Origin: Escherichia coli
GTDB taxonomy: Bacteria > Pseudomonadota > Gammaproteobacteria > Enterobacterales > Enterobacteriaceae
Direction: 5' to 3' (one strand)
DNA length: 64,000 nucleotides
Assembly: GCF_036507355.1 (NCBI RefSeq)
Contig: NZ_AP027877.1
Shown here: piece after piece, positions 42,078-54,700 of the stretch
How the letters are laid out: each line of letters opens with the position of its first letter
Position numbering within the stretch: position 1 is the first letter of the stretch
Program-made: the position numbers and the translations under genes
Notes under the pieces: model-generated
Database searches by the model: none
Seen by the model: the letters and a program-made list of their open reading frames with translations, nothing else
What the model was told of the DNA's origin: nothing

Positions 42078-43499
42078 ATGATGAGCAAAATAAACCAAAC
42101 GGATATCGATCGGTTGATTGAACTGGTCGGCGGGCGCGGCAATATTGCGACGGTGAGCCACTGTATTACTCGCCTGCGCTTTGTCCTCAACCAACCGGCC
42201 AATGCCAGACCGAAAGAAATTGAGCAACTCCCCATGGTGAAAGGCTGTTTCACCAATGCCGGGCAATTTCAGGTGGTGATTGGCACCAATGTGGGTGATT
42301 ACTATCAAGCACTGATTGCGTCAACCGGACAGGCGCAGGTTGATAAAGAGCAGGTAAAAAAAGCCGCCCGGCAGAATATGAAATGGCATGAGCAGTTGAT
42401 CTCTCATTTCGCGGAGATCTTCTTCCCGCTGCTGCCCGCGTTGATTAGCGGCGGTTTGATCCTCGGTTTTCGCAATGTGATCGGCGATTTGCCCATGAGC
42501 AACGGTCAGACGCTGGCGCAAATGTACCCTTCCCTGCAAACGATCTACGATTTTCTATGGTTGATCGGTGAAGCGATCTTCTTCTACCTGCCGGTCGGGA
42601 TTTGCTGGTCAGCGGTGAAAAAAATGGGCGGCACGCCGATCCTTGGTATCGTGCTTGGCGTGACACTGGTTTCTCCACAGCTGATGAACGCTTATCTGCT
42701 CGGGCAGCAGCTGCCGGAAGTGTGGGACTTTGGCATGTTCAGCATCGCCAAAGTAGGCTATCAGGCGCAGGTGATCCCGGCACTGTTAGCCGGGCTGGCG
42801 CTGGGCGTTATTGAAACTCGCCTTAAACGCATCGTGCCGGATTACCTCTATCTGGTGGTGGTGCCCGTCTGTTCGCTGATCCTCGCGGTGTTCCTCGCCC
42901 ATGCGCTGATTGGTCCGTTTGGTCGCATGATTGGCGATGGCGTTGCCTTTGCGGTACGTCACCTGATGACCGGCAGCTTTGCTCCGATTGGCGCAGCATT
43001 GTTTGGCTTCCTGTACGCCCCGCTGGTGATCACCGGGGTACACCAGACCACGCTTGCTATTGATTTGCAGATGATTCAAAGCATGGGTGGTACGCCAGTG
43101 TGGCCGCTGATTGCGCTGTCGAATATCGCTCAGGGCTCCGCCGTGATAGGCATTATCATTTCCAGCCGCAAGCACAATGAACGCGAGATCTCCGTGCCTG
43201 CCGCTATCTCCGCCTGGCTTGGGGTCACTGAGCCTGCAATGTACGGCATCAACCTGAAATATCGCTTCCCGATGCTGTGCGCGATGATTGGTTCTGGTCT
43301 GGCAGGATTGCTATGCGGCCTGAACGGCGTTATGGCGAATGGCATCGGCGTAGGCGGCCTGCCGGGAATTCTCTCGATTCAACCGAGCTACTGGCAGGTG
43401 TTTGCGCTGGCAATGGCTATCGCCATCATCATCCCGATTGTACTCACCTCGTTTATCTATCAGCGGAAATACCGCCTGGGCACGCTGGACATTGTTTAA
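42078..43499 (+). CDS. treB: PTS trehalose-specific EIIBC component
   Basis: 473-aa ORF MMSKINQTDIDRLIELVGGRGNIATVSHCITRLRF (EIIB Cys motif) followed by multi-pass EIIC. Confidence 0.9.
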   Translation: MMSKINQTDIDRLIELVGGRGNIATVSHCITRLRFVLNQPANARPKEIEQLPMVKGCFTNAGQFQVVIGTNVGDYYQALIASTGQAQVDKEQVKKAARQNMKWHEQLISHFAEIFFPLLPALISGGLILGFRNVIGDLPMSNGQTLAQMYPSLQTIYDFLWLIGEAIFFYLPVGICWSAVKKMGGTPILGIVLGVTLVSPQLMNAYLLGQQLPEVWDFGMFSIAKVGYQAQVIPALLAGLALGVIETRLKRIVPDYLYLVVVPVCSLILAVFLAHALIGPFGRMIGDGVAFAVRHLMTGSFAPIGAALFGFLYAPLVITGVHQTTLAIDLQMIQSMGGTPVWPLIALSNIAQGSAVIGIIISSRKHNEREISVPAAISAWLGVTEPAMYGINLKYRFPMLCAMIGSGLAGLLCGLNGVMANGIGVGGLPGILSIQPSYWQVFALAMAIAIIIPIVLTSFIYQRKYRLGTLDIV

Positions 43500-43548
43500 T
43501 TTTCTTCGGGGCGCAATTGCGCCCCCTCGCATTCGCAGGAATAACGTA

Positions 43549-45204
43549 ATGACTAATCTTCCCCACTGGTGGCAAAACGGCGTTATCTACCAGATTTATC
43601 CAAAGAGTTTTCAGGACACCACGGGTAGCGGCACCGGCGATTTACGTGGCGTTATCCAACGCCTGGACTATCTGCATAAACTGGGCGTTGATGCCATCTG
43701 GCTAACCCCCTTTTATGTCTCTCCCCAGGTCGATAACGGTTACGACGTAGCGAACTATACGGCGATTGATCCCACCTACGGCACGCTGGACGATTTTGAC
43801 GAACTGGTGACGCAGGCAAAATCGCGCGGGATTCGTATCATTCTCGATATGGTGTTTAACCATACCTCTACCCAACATGCCTGGTTTCGCGAGGCGCTGA
43901 ACAAAGAAAGCCCTTACCGCCAGTTTTATATCTGGCGCGATGGAGAACCAGAAACGCCACCGAACAACTGGCGTTCAAAATTTGGCGGTAGTGCGTGGCG
44001 CTGGCATGCGGAAAGCGAACAGTACTATTTGCATCTCTTTGCACCAGAACAGGCGGATCTCAACTGGGAGAATCCAGCGGTACGCGCAGAGCTGAAAAAA
44101 GTCTGTGAGTTCTGGGCCGATCGTGGGGTCGACGGGTTGCGCCTGGATGTGGTGAATCTGATCTCCAAAGACCCGCGTTTCCCTGAAGACCTGGACGGCG
44201 ACGGGCGTCGCTTCTACACCGACGGGCCACGAGCACACGAGTTTTTGCACGAGATGAACCGCGATGTGTTTACGCCACGCGGGTTAATGACCGTAGGTGA
44301 AATGTCCTCCACCAGCCTTGAGCATTGCCAGCGATACGCGGCTCTGACAGGCAGTGAATTGTCGATGACCTTTAATTTTCATCACCTGAAGGTCGATTAT
44401 CCCGGTGGTGAAAAATGGACGCTGGCTAAACCTGACTTTGTGGCGTTGAAAACATTGTTCCGCCACTGGCAACAAGGAATGCACAACGTAGCATGGAATG
44501 CCTTGTTCTGGTGTAACCACGATCAGCCGCGCATTGTTTCTCGCTTTGGTGATGAAGGTGAATACCGCGTGCCTGCGGCAAAAATGCTGGCGATGGTGCT
44601 GCATGGCATGCAGGGAACGCCGTATATCTACCAGGGCGAAGAGATTGGCATGACCAACCCGCATTTCACGCGCATTACTGACTATCGCGACGTAGAGAGC
44701 CTCAATATGTTTGCCGAGCTGCGCAACGATGGTCGTGATGCCGACGAATTATTGGCAATCCTCGCCAGTAAATCCCGTGACAACAGTCGCACGCCCATGC
44801 AATGGAGCAACGGCGATAATGCCGGGTTTACGGCTGGCGAACCGTGGATTAGCCTGGGCGATAACTATCAACAAATCAACGTAGAAGCCGCGCTGGCCGA
44901 TGAGTCCTCGGTGTTTTACACCTACCAAAAGTTAATCGCACTACGTAAGCAAGAAGCCGTTCTGACATGGGGCAATTACCAGGATCTGCTGCCAAACAGC
45001 CCTGTATTGTGGTGCTATCGCCGTGAATGGAAGGGGCAAACCTTGCTGGTCATTGCCAACCTTAGCCGTGAGATCCAACCCTGGCAGCCAGAGCAAATGC
45101 GCGGCAACTGGCAGCTTGTGATGCATAACTACGAAGAAGCCTCACCACAACCCTGTGCCATGACTTTACGGCCTTTTGAGGCTGTCTGGTGGTTACAGAA
45201 GTAA
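43549..45204 (+). CDS. treC: Trehalose-6-phosphate hydrolase (GH13)
   Basis: ORF 43402..45204(+); start MTNLPHWWQNGVIYQIYPKSF; GH13 motifs (DAIWLTPF, GLRLDVVNLISK, GEM). Confidence 0.9.
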   Translation: MTNLPHWWQNGVIYQIYPKSFQDTTGSGTGDLRGVIQRLDYLHKLGVDAIWLTPFYVSPQVDNGYDVANYTAIDPTYGTLDDFDELVTQAKSRGIRIILDMVFNHTSTQHAWFREALNKESPYRQFYIWRDGEPETPPNNWRSKFGGSAWRWHAESEQYYLHLFAPEQADLNWENPAVRAELKKVCEFWADRGVDGLRLDVVNLISKDPRFPEDLDGDGRRFYTDGPRAHEFLHEMNRDVFTPRGLMTVGEMSSTSLEHCQRYAALTGSELSMTFNFHHLKVDYPGGEKWTLAKPDFVALKTLFRHWQQGMHNVAWNALFWCNHDQPRIVSRFGDEGEYRVPAAKMLAMVLHGMQGTPYIYQGEEIGMTNPHFTRITDYRDVESLNMFAELRNDGRDADELLAILASKSRDNSRTPMQWSNGDNAGFTAGEPWISLGDNYQQINVEAALADESSVFYTYQKLIALRKQEAVLTWGNYQDLLPNSPVLWCYRREWKGQTLLVIANLSREIQPWQPEQMRGNWQLVMHNYEEASPQPCAMTLRPFEAVWWLQK

Positions 45205-45597
45205 ATCTTCGCTAAGCCCCGGTAATGCCTGTCATTCCGGGGTTTTGTCTGTCAGCATGTTGTTTTTGTTGATTTTTCAACCAGAAAATTCATTAAAAAA
45301 TTTACATAACGCTGTAGCGCCCGTCATCCGTACGCTCTGCTTTTTACTTTGAGCTACATCAAAAAAAGTTCAAACATCCTTGATGCAAAGCACTATATAT
45401 AGACTTTAAAATGCGTCCCAACCCAATATGTTGTATTAATCGACTATAATTGCTACTACAGCTCCCCACGAAAAAGGTGCGGCGTTGTGGATAAGCGGAT
45501 GGCGATTGCGGAAAGCACCGGAAAACGAAACGAAAAAACCGGAAAACGCCTTTCCCAATTTCTGTGGATAACCTGTTCTTAAAAATATGGAGCGATC

Positions 45598-47736
45598 ATG
45601 ACACCGCATGTGATGAAACGAGACGGCTGCAAAGTGCCGTTTAAATCAGAGCGCATCAAAGAAGCGATTCTGCGTGCAGCTAAAGCAGCGGAAGTCGATG
45701 ATGCAGATTATTGCGCCACTGTTGCTGCGGTTGTCAGCGAGCAGATGCAAGGCCGTAACCAGGTGGATATCAACGAGATCCAGACCGCAGTTGAAAACCA
45801 GCTGATGTCAGGTCCATACAAACAACTGGCTCGTGCTTACATCGAGTACCGTCACGATCGCGACATTGAACGTGAAAAACGCGGTCGCCTGAACCAGGAG
45901 ATCCGTGGTCTGGTCGAGCAGACCAACGCCTCGTTACTCAACGAAAACGCCAACAAAGACAGCAAGGTGATTCCAACCCAGCGCGACCTGCTGGCCGGGA
46001 TCGTGGCTAAACACTATGCACGCCAGCACCTGCTGCCGCGTGACGTGGTGCAGGCACATGAGCGTGGCGATATTCACTATCACGATCTCGATTACTCGCC
46101 GTTCTTCCCGATGTTCAACTGCATGTTGATCGACCTGAAAGGCATGCTGACCCAGGGCTTTAAAATGGGGAACGCCGAGATTGAACCGCCGAAGTCGATC
46201 TCTACGGCAACCGCGGTAACTGCGCAGATTATTGCTCAGGTCGCCAGCCATATTTATGGCGGCACCACCATTAACCGTATCGATGAAGTGCTGGCGCCGT
46301 TTGTTACCGCCAGCTACAACAAACATCGCAAGACCGCAGAAGAGTGGAACATCCCGGACGCCGAAGGCTACGCTAACTCTCGTACCATCAAAGAGTGCTA
46401 CGATGCCTTCCAGTCGCTGGAGTACGAAGTAAACACCCTGCACACCGCCAACGGTCAGACGCCGTTTGTAACCTTTGGTTTTGGTCTGGGCACCAGCTGG
46501 GAATCGCGCCTGATTCAGGAATCGATCCTGCGTAACCGTATCGCAGGCCTCGGTAAAAACCGTAAAACTGCGGTGTTCCCGAAACTGGTGTTTGCGATTC
46601 GCGATGGCCTGAACCATAAAAAAGGCGATCCGAACTACGACATCAAACAGCTGGCGCTGGAGTGCGCAAGCAAGCGCATGTATCCGGATATCCTGAACTA
46701 CGATCAGGTAGTGAAAGTCACCGGTTCGTTTAAAACCCCGATGGGCTGCCGCAGCTTCCTCGGCGTGTGGGAAAATGAAAACGGCGAGCAGATCCACGAT
46801 GGTCGTAACAACCTCGGCGTGATCAGCCTGAACCTGCCGCGTATTGCTCTGGAAGCAAAAGGCGATGAAGCCACCTTCTGGAAGCTGCTGGATGAACGTC
46901 TGGTGCTGGCACGTAAGGCACTGATGACCCGTATCGCTCGTCTCGAAGGCGTGAAAGCGCGCGTCGCCCCGATCCTCTATATGGAAGGTGCTTGTGGCGT
47001 ACGTCTGAATGCTGACGATGATGTTTCTGAAATCTTCAAAAACGGTCGTGCGTCTATTTCGCTGGGTTACATCGGCATCCACGAAACCATTAACGCGCTG
47101 TTCGGCGGCGAGCATGTTTACGACAACGAGCAGCTTCGCGCGAAAGGTATCGCCATTGTTGAACGTCTGCGTCAGGCAGTGGATCAGTGGAAAGAAGAAA
47201 CGGGTTATGGTTTCAGTCTCTACAGCACGCCGAGTGAAAACCTGTGCGACCGCTTCTGCCGTCTCGATACTGCTGAGTTTGGCGTGGTGCCGGGCGTGAC
47301 CGATAAAGGTTACTACACCAACAGTTTCCACCTTGATGTGGAGAAGAAGGTGAACCCGTACGACAAGATCGACTTTGAAGCGCCTTACCCGCCGCTGGCG
47401 AACGGTGGTTTCATTTGCTACGGCGAGTATCCAAACATTCAGCACAACCTGAAAGCGCTGGAAGATGTCTGGGATTACAGCTATCAGCATGTACCGTATT
47501 ACGGCACCAATACACCGATTGATGAGTGCTACGAGTGTGGCTTTACCGGTGAGTTCGAGTGCACCAGCAAAGGCTTCACTTGCCCGAAATGTGGTAACCA
47601 TGACGCCTCCCGTGTGTCGGTAACTCGCCGCGTGTGCGGATATTTAGGTAGCCCGGATGCACGTCCATTTAACGCCGGTAAGCAGGAAGAAGTTAAGCGC
47701 CGCGTTAAACATTTGGGAAATGGGCAAATAGGTTAA
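45598..47736 (+). CDS. nrdD: Anaerobic ribonucleoside-triphosphate reductase
   Basis: 712-aa ORF with C-terminal glycyl-radical region and CxxC...CxxC zinc ribbon (CYECGFTGEFECTSKGFTCPKCG). Confidence 0.95.
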   Translation: MTPHVMKRDGCKVPFKSERIKEAILRAAKAAEVDDADYCATVAAVVSEQMQGRNQVDINEIQTAVENQLMSGPYKQLARAYIEYRHDRDIEREKRGRLNQEIRGLVEQTNASLLNENANKDSKVIPTQRDLLAGIVAKHYARQHLLPRDVVQAHERGDIHYHDLDYSPFFPMFNCMLIDLKGMLTQGFKMGNAEIEPPKSISTATAVTAQIIAQVASHIYGGTTINRIDEVLAPFVTASYNKHRKTAEEWNIPDAEGYANSRTIKECYDAFQSLEYEVNTLHTANGQTPFVTFGFGLGTSWESRLIQESILRNRIAGLGKNRKTAVFPKLVFAIRDGLNHKKGDPNYDIKQLALECASKRMYPDILNYDQVVKVTGSFKTPMGCRSFLGVWENENGEQIHDGRNNLGVISLNLPRIALEAKGDEATFWKLLDERLVLARKALMTRIARLEGVKARVAPILYMEGACGVRLNADDDVSEIFKNGRASISLGYIGIHETINALFGGEHVYDNEQLRAKGIAIVERLRQAVDQWKEETGYGFSLYSTPSENLCDRFCRLDTAEFGVVPGVTDKGYYTNSFHLDVEKKVNPYDKIDFEAPYPPLANGGFICYGEYPNIQHNLKALEDVWDYSYQHVPYYGTNTPIDECYECGFTGEFECTSKGFTCPKCGNHDASRVSVTRRVCGYLGSPDARPFNAGKQEEVKRRVKHLGNGQIG

Positions 47737-47744
47737 TCTTCACT

Positions 47745-47885
<141 letters not shown>

Positions 47886-47893
47886 GCGAAACA

Positions 47894-48358
47894 ATGAATT
47901 ATCATCAGTACTATCCTGTCGACATCGTCAACGGCCCCGGCACTCGCTGCACCTTGTTTGTCTCCGGGTGTGTTCATGAATGCCCCGGTTGCTATAACAA
48001 AAGCACCTGGCGGGTAAATTCTGGTCAGCCCTTTACCAAAGCAATGGAAGACCAGATCATTAACGATCTGAATGACACTCGTATCAAACGCCAGGGGATT
48101 TCCCTCTCCGGCGGCGATCCGCTGCATCCGCAAAACGTGCCGGATATTCTGAAACTGGTAAAACGCATCCGCGCCGAGTGTCCGGGTAAAGACATCTGGG
48201 TGTGGACAGGCTATAAACTCGACGAACTCAACGCTGCGCAAATGCAGGTTGTTGATTTGATTAACGTACTGGTCGACGGCAAATTTGTGCAGGATTTAAA
48301 AGACCCTTCCCTGATCTGGCGCGGCAGCAGCAATCAGGTGGTGCATCATTTGCGATGA
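47894..48358 (+). CDS. nrdG: Anaerobic ribonucleotide reductase activating protein (radical SAM)
   Basis: 154-aa ORF with CxxxCxxC-type motif (FVSGCVHECPGCYNK). Confidence 0.9.
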   Translation: MNYHQYYPVDIVNGPGTRCTLFVSGCVHECPGCYNKSTWRVNSGQPFTKAMEDQIINDLNDTRIKRQGISLSGGDPLHPQNVPDILKLVKRIRAECPGKDIWVWTGYKLDELNAAQMQVVDLINVLVDGKFVQDLKDPSLIWRGSSNQVVHHLR

Positions 48359-48402
48359 TAAGTTCCCTGTTACCTGAGTGCAGGCAACAGGGAAATGAGG
48401 AA

Positions 48403-48792
<390 letters not shown>

Positions 48793-48971
48793 TCACTTCC
48801 TTTTTTATTTACACTTCATCCTTCACACTGCCTCATCGACGGCTACGCTCATTCGCCCGGGTCACGTACTGCGAGTACGCTCCCCGGCCCTCATTCACTT
48901 TCCGTCTCGATGCAGTGCGAATGATTTTGTGTAATTTTTTAGTTTATAGCGCGGCAGGTCGCGCCAGTTTT

Positions 48972-50324
48972 TTACTGCCCGGCGATTTTCATCTCCGGCA
49001 ACAGCACAGAACCACACTGTATATTACTGCGTGTTTCAATATCGTTACCGACGGTGACAATATTGCGCCACATATCTTTTAAATTACCTGCGATGGTGAT
49101 TTCACTAACGGGATACTGAATTTCGCCATTCTCTACCCAGAAGCCCGCTGCACCACGGGAATAATCACCGGTAATGGCACTCACGCCCTGGCCCATCAGC
49201 TCCGTCACCACCAGCCCGGTGCCCATCTCTTTGAGCATTTGTTCGAAGCTTAGCCCTTGTCCGGCAATCCGCCAGTTGTGAATACCGCCCGCATGTCCGG
49301 TGCTTTTCAGCCCCAGTTTCCGCGCCGAGTAGCTGGTCAGCAGCCACTGAGTCAGGATGCCATCTTTAATAATATCGCGACGCTCGGTGCGCACACCTTC
49401 GCTGTCGAATGGCGTCGACGCCAGCCCTTTCAGCAGATGCGGATGCTCTTCAATGGTCAGCCAGTCCGGCAGAATTTGTTTACCCAGCGAATCCAGCAGA
49501 AAGGTAGATTTACGGTAAACCGAGCCACCCGCTATCGCCCCCACCAGATGGCCAAAAAGCCCGGTTGCCACTTCATTGGCAAAAATGACTGGCGCTTTCA
49601 TGGTGGAGAGTTTACGCGGTGACAGGCGCGATAAAGTACGGCGAGCACAGTCGGCCCCGACCCACTCTGGCGTTTGCAGATCGCTCATCGCGCGGCCAAT
49701 GGTGTAGGCGTAATCACGCTCCATATCGCCATTTTCTTCGGCAATTACACAGCTGGAGAGCGAATGACGCGTTGAGCAGTAACCCTGCAACATGCCGTGG
49801 CTGTTGCCAAAAACTTTGACACCGTAGTGGCTGTTAAAACTGCCGCCTTCGGTATTGGTAATGCGTTTGTCCGCCTGCAATGCCGCCTGTTCTGCGCGGG
49901 CCGCCAGTTCAATGGCTTCATCCGGGGAAACTTCAGCAGGGTGGAACAAGTCGAGATCTGGTGCGTCAAAGGCCAGCAGCTCTTTGTCTGCCAGCCCGGC
50001 ACAGGGATCTGGCGAGGTATAACGGGCAATATCCAGCGCCGCCTGTACAGTACGGGCAATGGCCTGCGGGCTTAAATCGGTGGATGATGCGCTACCTTTG
50101 CGGTTCTGGTGATAAACAGTGATCCCCAGCGCGCCATCGCTATTGAATTCAACATTCTCCACTTCACCATAACGCGTGCTTACGCTAATGCCGGTGGTCT
50201 TGCTGACGGCAACTTCCGCACCGTCCGATTTGCCTGAGGCCAACTCCAGCGCAGTGGAAACTGCTTCTTCCAGAATCTTGCGCTGCGCTTCAACTTGAGA
50301 GATTACTTTCATTGCAAGTGCCAT
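48972..50324 (-). CDS. pmbA: Metalloprotease PmbA/TldE
   Basis: 450-aa [45 protein letters not shown]... Confidence 0.9.
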   Translation of the reverse strand: MALAMKVISQVEAQRKILEEAVSTALELASGKSDGAEVAVSKTTGISVSTRYGEVENVEFNSDGALGITVYHQNRKGSASSTDLSPQAIARTVQAALDIARYTSPDPCAGLADKELLAFDAPDLDLFHPAEVSPDEAIELAARAEQAALQADKRITNTEGGSFNSHYGVKVFGNSHGMLQGYCSTRHSLSSCVIAEENGDMERDYAYTIGRAMSDLQTPEWVGADCARRTLSRLSPRKLSTMKAPVIFANEVATGLFGHLVGAIAGGSVYRKSTFLLDSLGKQILPDWLTIEEHPHLLKGLASTPFDSEGVRTERRDIIKDGILTQWLLTSYSARKLGLKSTGHAGGIHNWRIAGQGLSFEQMLKEMGTGLVVTELMGQGVSAITGDYSRGAAGFWVENGEIQYPVSEITIAGNLKDMWRNIVTVGNDIETRSNIQCGSVLLPEMKIAGQ

Positions 50325-50417
50325 AATGTAGAGAGTTTCTCTGAAGTCTAACAGAGAACCGTTTTTCAGTGCGCATCTTAACTGGTAACATTAGCCTCTT
50401 TTTTTAAGGAGCCTGAG

Positions 50418-50969
50418 ATGACTAAGCAGCCCGAAGACTGGCTCGACGACGTTCCCGGTGATGACATCGAAGACGAAGACGATGAAATTATCTGGGTCAG
50501 TAAAAGTGAAATTAAACGTGATGCCGAGGAGCTAAAACGCCTTGGCGCGGAAATTGTTGATCTGGGGAAAAACGCGCTGGATAAGATCCCGTTAGATGCG
50601 GATCTGCGCGCGGCTATTGAGCTCGCCCAGCGTATTAAGATGGAAGGTCGCCGCCGCCAGTTGCAGCTCATCGGTAAGATGCTGCGCCAGCGCGATGTAG
50701 AACCGATCCGTCAGGCGCTGGATAAGCTGAAAAACCGTCACAACCAGCAGGTGGTGCTGTTCCATAAACTGGAAAACCTGCGCGATCGTCTGATCGATCA
50801 AGGTGATGACGCCATCGCTGAGGTATTAAATCTGTGGCCCGATGCCGATCGTCAGCAGCTGCGTACTCTGATCCGCAACGCGAAGAAAGAGAAAGAAGGG
50901 AATAAGCCGCCGAAATCCGCACGCCAGATTTTCCAGTATCTGCGCGAACTGGCGGAGAATGAAGGGTAA
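50418..50969 (+). CDS. yjgA: Ribosome-associated protein YjgA (DarP)
   Basis: 183-aa [50 protein letters not shown]... Confidence 0.85.
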
Positions 50970-50984
50970 TTTTCGTTGTTGATG

Positions 50985-51115
50985 TGAGTATGGTTTGCCG
51001 GATGCGGTGCACCTGTAGGCCTGATAAGACGCATCAAGCGTCGCATCAGGCACTATGCTCAAATGCCGGATGCGGCGTGAACGCCTTATCCGGCCTACGC
51101 ACACTATATCAGGCT
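50985..51115. repeat. REP elements between yjgA and mpl
   Basis: GCCGGATGCGGTGCACCTGTAGGCCTGATAAGACGCATCAAGCGTCGCATCAGGC...GCCGGATGCGGCGTGAACGCCTTATCCGGCCTAC. Confidence 0.5.
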
Positions 51116-51124
51116 GAGGCCGAA

Positions 51125-52498
51125 TTACTGCGCAGCTTCCGCCTTCTTCGCCAGACCATCCAGCAGTTTCTGATGGATCCCACCAAAACCGCCGTTGCTC
51201 ATCACCAGAATATGGTCGCCAGGCTGAGCGGTTTTCACCACCATATCTGCCAGCGTATCCACATCGCCACTCCAGTGTGCAGGCTGAACGCAGGCTTCTG
51301 CCACTTCTGCCACCTGCCACGGAATATGCGCCGGTTGCAGCAGGAAGACTTCATCGGCACGACCTAATGAAGGTGCCAGATCGTCTTTGCAGATCCCCAT
51401 TTTCATGGTATTCGAGCGCGGCTCCAGCACAGCAATAATGCGCGCCGTACCGCCAACTTTGCCGCGCAGCGCCGCAAGCGTTGCCAGAATCGCCGTCGGG
51501 TGATGGGCGAAATCGTCATATACCGTGACGCCATTCGCTTCACCACGCAACTCCAGACGGCGACGAGCATTAATAAACGAACCCAGCGCGTTAGCGGCAT
51601 CTGCCGGCTCTACACCAACATGGCGAGCCGCTGCAATCGCCATCAGGCCATTGTGCATATTATGTTCGCCTACCAGCGACCATTTCACTTCGCCCACTTT
51701 TTCGCCATCCAGCAAAACTTCCCATTCGGAAGCATCGGTGGTCAGCTTTTTCGCCTGCCAGTGACCCTGCTCGCCCACCAGCTCCTGCTCGCTCCAGCAG
51801 CCCATCGCCATGGTCTGTTTCAGGTTGATGTCGTTTTCCGGCCAGATAATACGGCCCTGCCCCGGAACGATACGCACCAGATGGTGGAACTGTTTCTGGA
51901 TCGCTTTCAGGTCGTCAAAGATATCGGCGTGATCGAACTCAAGGTTGTTGAGGATCAGCGTACGCGGGCAGTAATGGACAAATTTAGAGCGTTTGTCGAA
52001 GAAGGCGCAGTCATACTCATCCGCTTCGATAACAAAGAAGTCGCTTTCGCCCAGACGCGCCGAAACCTCAAAGTTCCCCGGCACACCGCCGATCACAAAT
52101 CCCGGTTTGTAACCGCACTGTTCCAGAATCCAGGTCGCCATTCCCGCGGTGGTGGTTTTGCCGTGTGTACCTGCAACGGCCAGCACCCAACGGTCACGCA
52201 GCACAAAATCGTGCAGCCACTGCGGACCTGACATATAAGGGATGTTTTTTTCCAGTACCGCTTCCACACACGGATTTCCACGGGTCATGGCGTTGCCAAT
52301 AATCACCAGATCCGGCTGCGGGTCGAGCTGGCTGGCATCGTAACCCTGAATCAGTTCAATGCCTTGCTTCTCAAGTAAGGTGCTCATCGGCGGATACACA
52401 TTGGCGTCCGAACCCGTTACTTCATGGCCTAACTGGCGCGCCAGCATCGCCAGACCGCCCATAAACGTGCCACAAATTCCTAAAATATGAATGCGCAT
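51125..52498 (-). CDS. mpl: UDP-N-acetylmuramate:L-alanyl-gamma-D-glutamyl-meso-DAP ligase (murein peptide ligase)
   Basis: 457-aa [34 protein letters not shown]... of the Mur ligase family. Confidence 0.9.
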
Positions 52499-52673
52499 AC
52501 GTCACTATCCTTTTTTAATCTGCCGCTCATTTTACGCATATGTCGGGCAAGTGAGAAACGCATTTCAGGATAATCCGCAATTTGCTGGCGCGATTCACCT
52601 GAGCGCAACATTCCGATTATTTGTTAAGATTGTTACGGTCGCTTTACTCCATAAACATTGCAGGGAAAGTTTT

Positions 52674-53672
52674 ATGAAAACGTTAGGTGAATTTATTGTC
52701 GAAAAGCAGCACGAGTTTTCTCATGCTACCGGTGAGCTCACTGCTTTGCTGTCGGCAATAAAACTGGGCGCCAAGATTATCCATCGCGATATCAACAAAG
52801 CAGGACTGGTTGATATCCTGGGTGCCAGCGGTGCTGAGAACGTGCAGGGCGAGGTTCAGCAGAAACTCGACTTGTTCGCTAATGAAAAACTGAAAGCCGC
52901 ACTGAAAGCACGCGATATCGTTGCGGGGATTGCCTCTGAAGAAGAAGATGAGATTGTCGTCTTTGAAGGCTGTGAACACGCAAAATACGTGGTGCTGATG
53001 GACCCCCTGGATGGCTCGTCCAACATCGATGTTAACGTCTCTGTCGGTACCATTTTCTCCATCTACCGCCGCGTTACGCCTGTTGGCACGCCGGTAACGG
53101 AAGAAGATTTCCTCCAGCCTGGTAACAAACAGGTTGCGGCAGGTTACGTGGTATACGGCTCCTCTACCATGCTGGTTTACACCACCGGATGCGGTGTTCA
53201 CGCCTTTACTTACGATCCTTCGCTGGGCGTTTTCTGCCTGTGCCAGGAACGGATGCGCTTCCCGGAGAAAGGCAAAACCTACTCCATCAACGAAGGAAAC
53301 TACATTAAGTTTCCGAACGGGGTGAAGAAGTACATTAAATTCTGCCAGGAAGAAGATAAATCCACCAACCGCCCGTATACCTCACGTTATATCGGTTCAC
53401 TGGTTGCGGATTTCCACCGTAACCTGCTGAAAGGCGGTATTTATCTCTACCCAAGCACCGCCAGCCACCCGGACGGTAAACTGCGTTTACTGTATGAGTG
53501 CAACCCGATGGCATTCCTGGCGGAACAAGCGGGCGGTAAAGCGAGCGATGGCAAAGAGCGTATTCTGGATATTATCCCGGAAACCCTGCACCAGCGCCGT
53601 TCGTTCTTTGTCGGCAACGACCATATGGTTGAAGATGTCGAACGCTTTATCCGTGAGTTCCCGGACGCGTAA
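52674..53672 (+). CDS. fbp: Fructose-1,6-bisphosphatase class 1
   Basis: ORF 52491..53672(+); start [26 protein letters not shown]; 332 aa. Confidence 0.9.
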
Positions 53673-53680
53673 TCTCCTGC

Positions 53681-53706
53681 GCCTCTCCACACGGAGAGGC
53701 GTTTTT
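53681..53706. terminator. Bidirectional terminator between fbp and yjfF
   Basis: GCCTCTCCACACGGAGAGGCGTTTTT: hairpin plus T-run. Confidence 0.6.
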
Positions 53707-54700
53707 ATTGCTGCGCAATGTTGACTCTTGTCACTGGCGAACTCTGACGATTCTCCCACAGCACCGTTAATCCACGCTGTAATGCTATAAAAATAAACAA
53801 CAAAATACCGATGGCGATTTTCGTCCACCAGGAACTCAGCGTGCCATCAAAGTTTATGTAAGTCTGAATCAGTCCCTGAATCGCCACGCCAAAAAGCGTC
53901 CCTAATACCGTTCCAACGCCACCGCTCAAAAGCGTACCGCCAATTACCACTGAGGCGATAGCATCCAGTTCCACACCTACGCCCGCCAGCGCATATCCGG
54001 CCTGGGTATAAATCGAGAAGACAATCCCCGCCAGCGTTGCCAGTCCGGTGGAGAGCATATAAATGCGAATAGTGGTGCTGCGAGTGGAAATCCCCATCAG
54101 ATTCGCCGACGTTGCGTTGCCGCCAATGGCGTATACCTGATTACCAAAACGGGTACGATGCGCGAGGAATATGCCGATAACCACCACCGCCAACATCAGC
54201 AGTCCCATCGCACTTAAGCGACCGCCGCCAGGGATTTTCCACGCAAGGCTTGAGAGCGTGTCATAAATGGGATGGTTTATCGGAATCGACTCTTCCGAAA
54301 CGAGATAGCTGACGCCGCGCAAAAAGAACATCCCCGCAAGCGTAATGATAAATGCCGGGATCTTCAGGGCGTCGATCAGAAGCCCCATAAATGCGCCGAA
54401 GGCACAGCCCATCACCAGCACTAGCGGAAACGCCAGCAGCGGCGAGAGGCCGAAATCGCCAACCACTTTTGCCAGAAACACGCCAGTAAAGGCGATCACC
54501 GAACCGACGGAGAGATCGATACCGCCAGAGAGGATCACAAAGGTCATGCCAACGGCGATTATCCCAAGAAAGGCGTTATCGGTCAGGATATTGCAGATCA
54601 CCCTTGTGGAAGCAAAACCGGGAAACTGGGTCAGGCAGTAGAGATAGCCCAGCACAAAGACGCCGATGGTGATCATCAGCGGCAAGTTACGTTTTATCAT
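53705..54700 (-). CDS. yjfF: Galactofuranose ABC transporter permease YjfF
   Basis: 331-aa multi-pass ORF, last gene of the minus-strand ytfQRT-yjfF operon. Confidence 0.85.
   Translation of the reverse strand: MIKRNLPLMITIGVFVLGYLYCLTQFPGFASTRVICNILTDNAFLGIIAVGMTFVILSGGIDLSVGSVIAFTGVFLAKVVGDFGLSPLLAFPLVLVMGCAFGAFMGLLIDALKIPAFIITLAGMFFLRGVSYLVSEESIPINHPIYDTLSSLAWKIPGGGRLSAMGLLMLAVVVIGIFLAHRTRFGNQVYAIGGNATSANLMGISTRSTTIRIYMLSTGLATLAGIVFSIYTQAGYALAGVGVELDAIASVVIGGTLLSGGVGTVLGTLFGVAIQGLIQTYINFDGTLSSWWTKIAIGILLFIFIALQRGLTVLWENRQSSPVTRVNIAQQ

Noticed and set aside
45934-47601. 555-aa ORF antisense to nrdD
   Set aside because: Same reasoning: nrdD is clearly the real gene and the antisense translation has no motif
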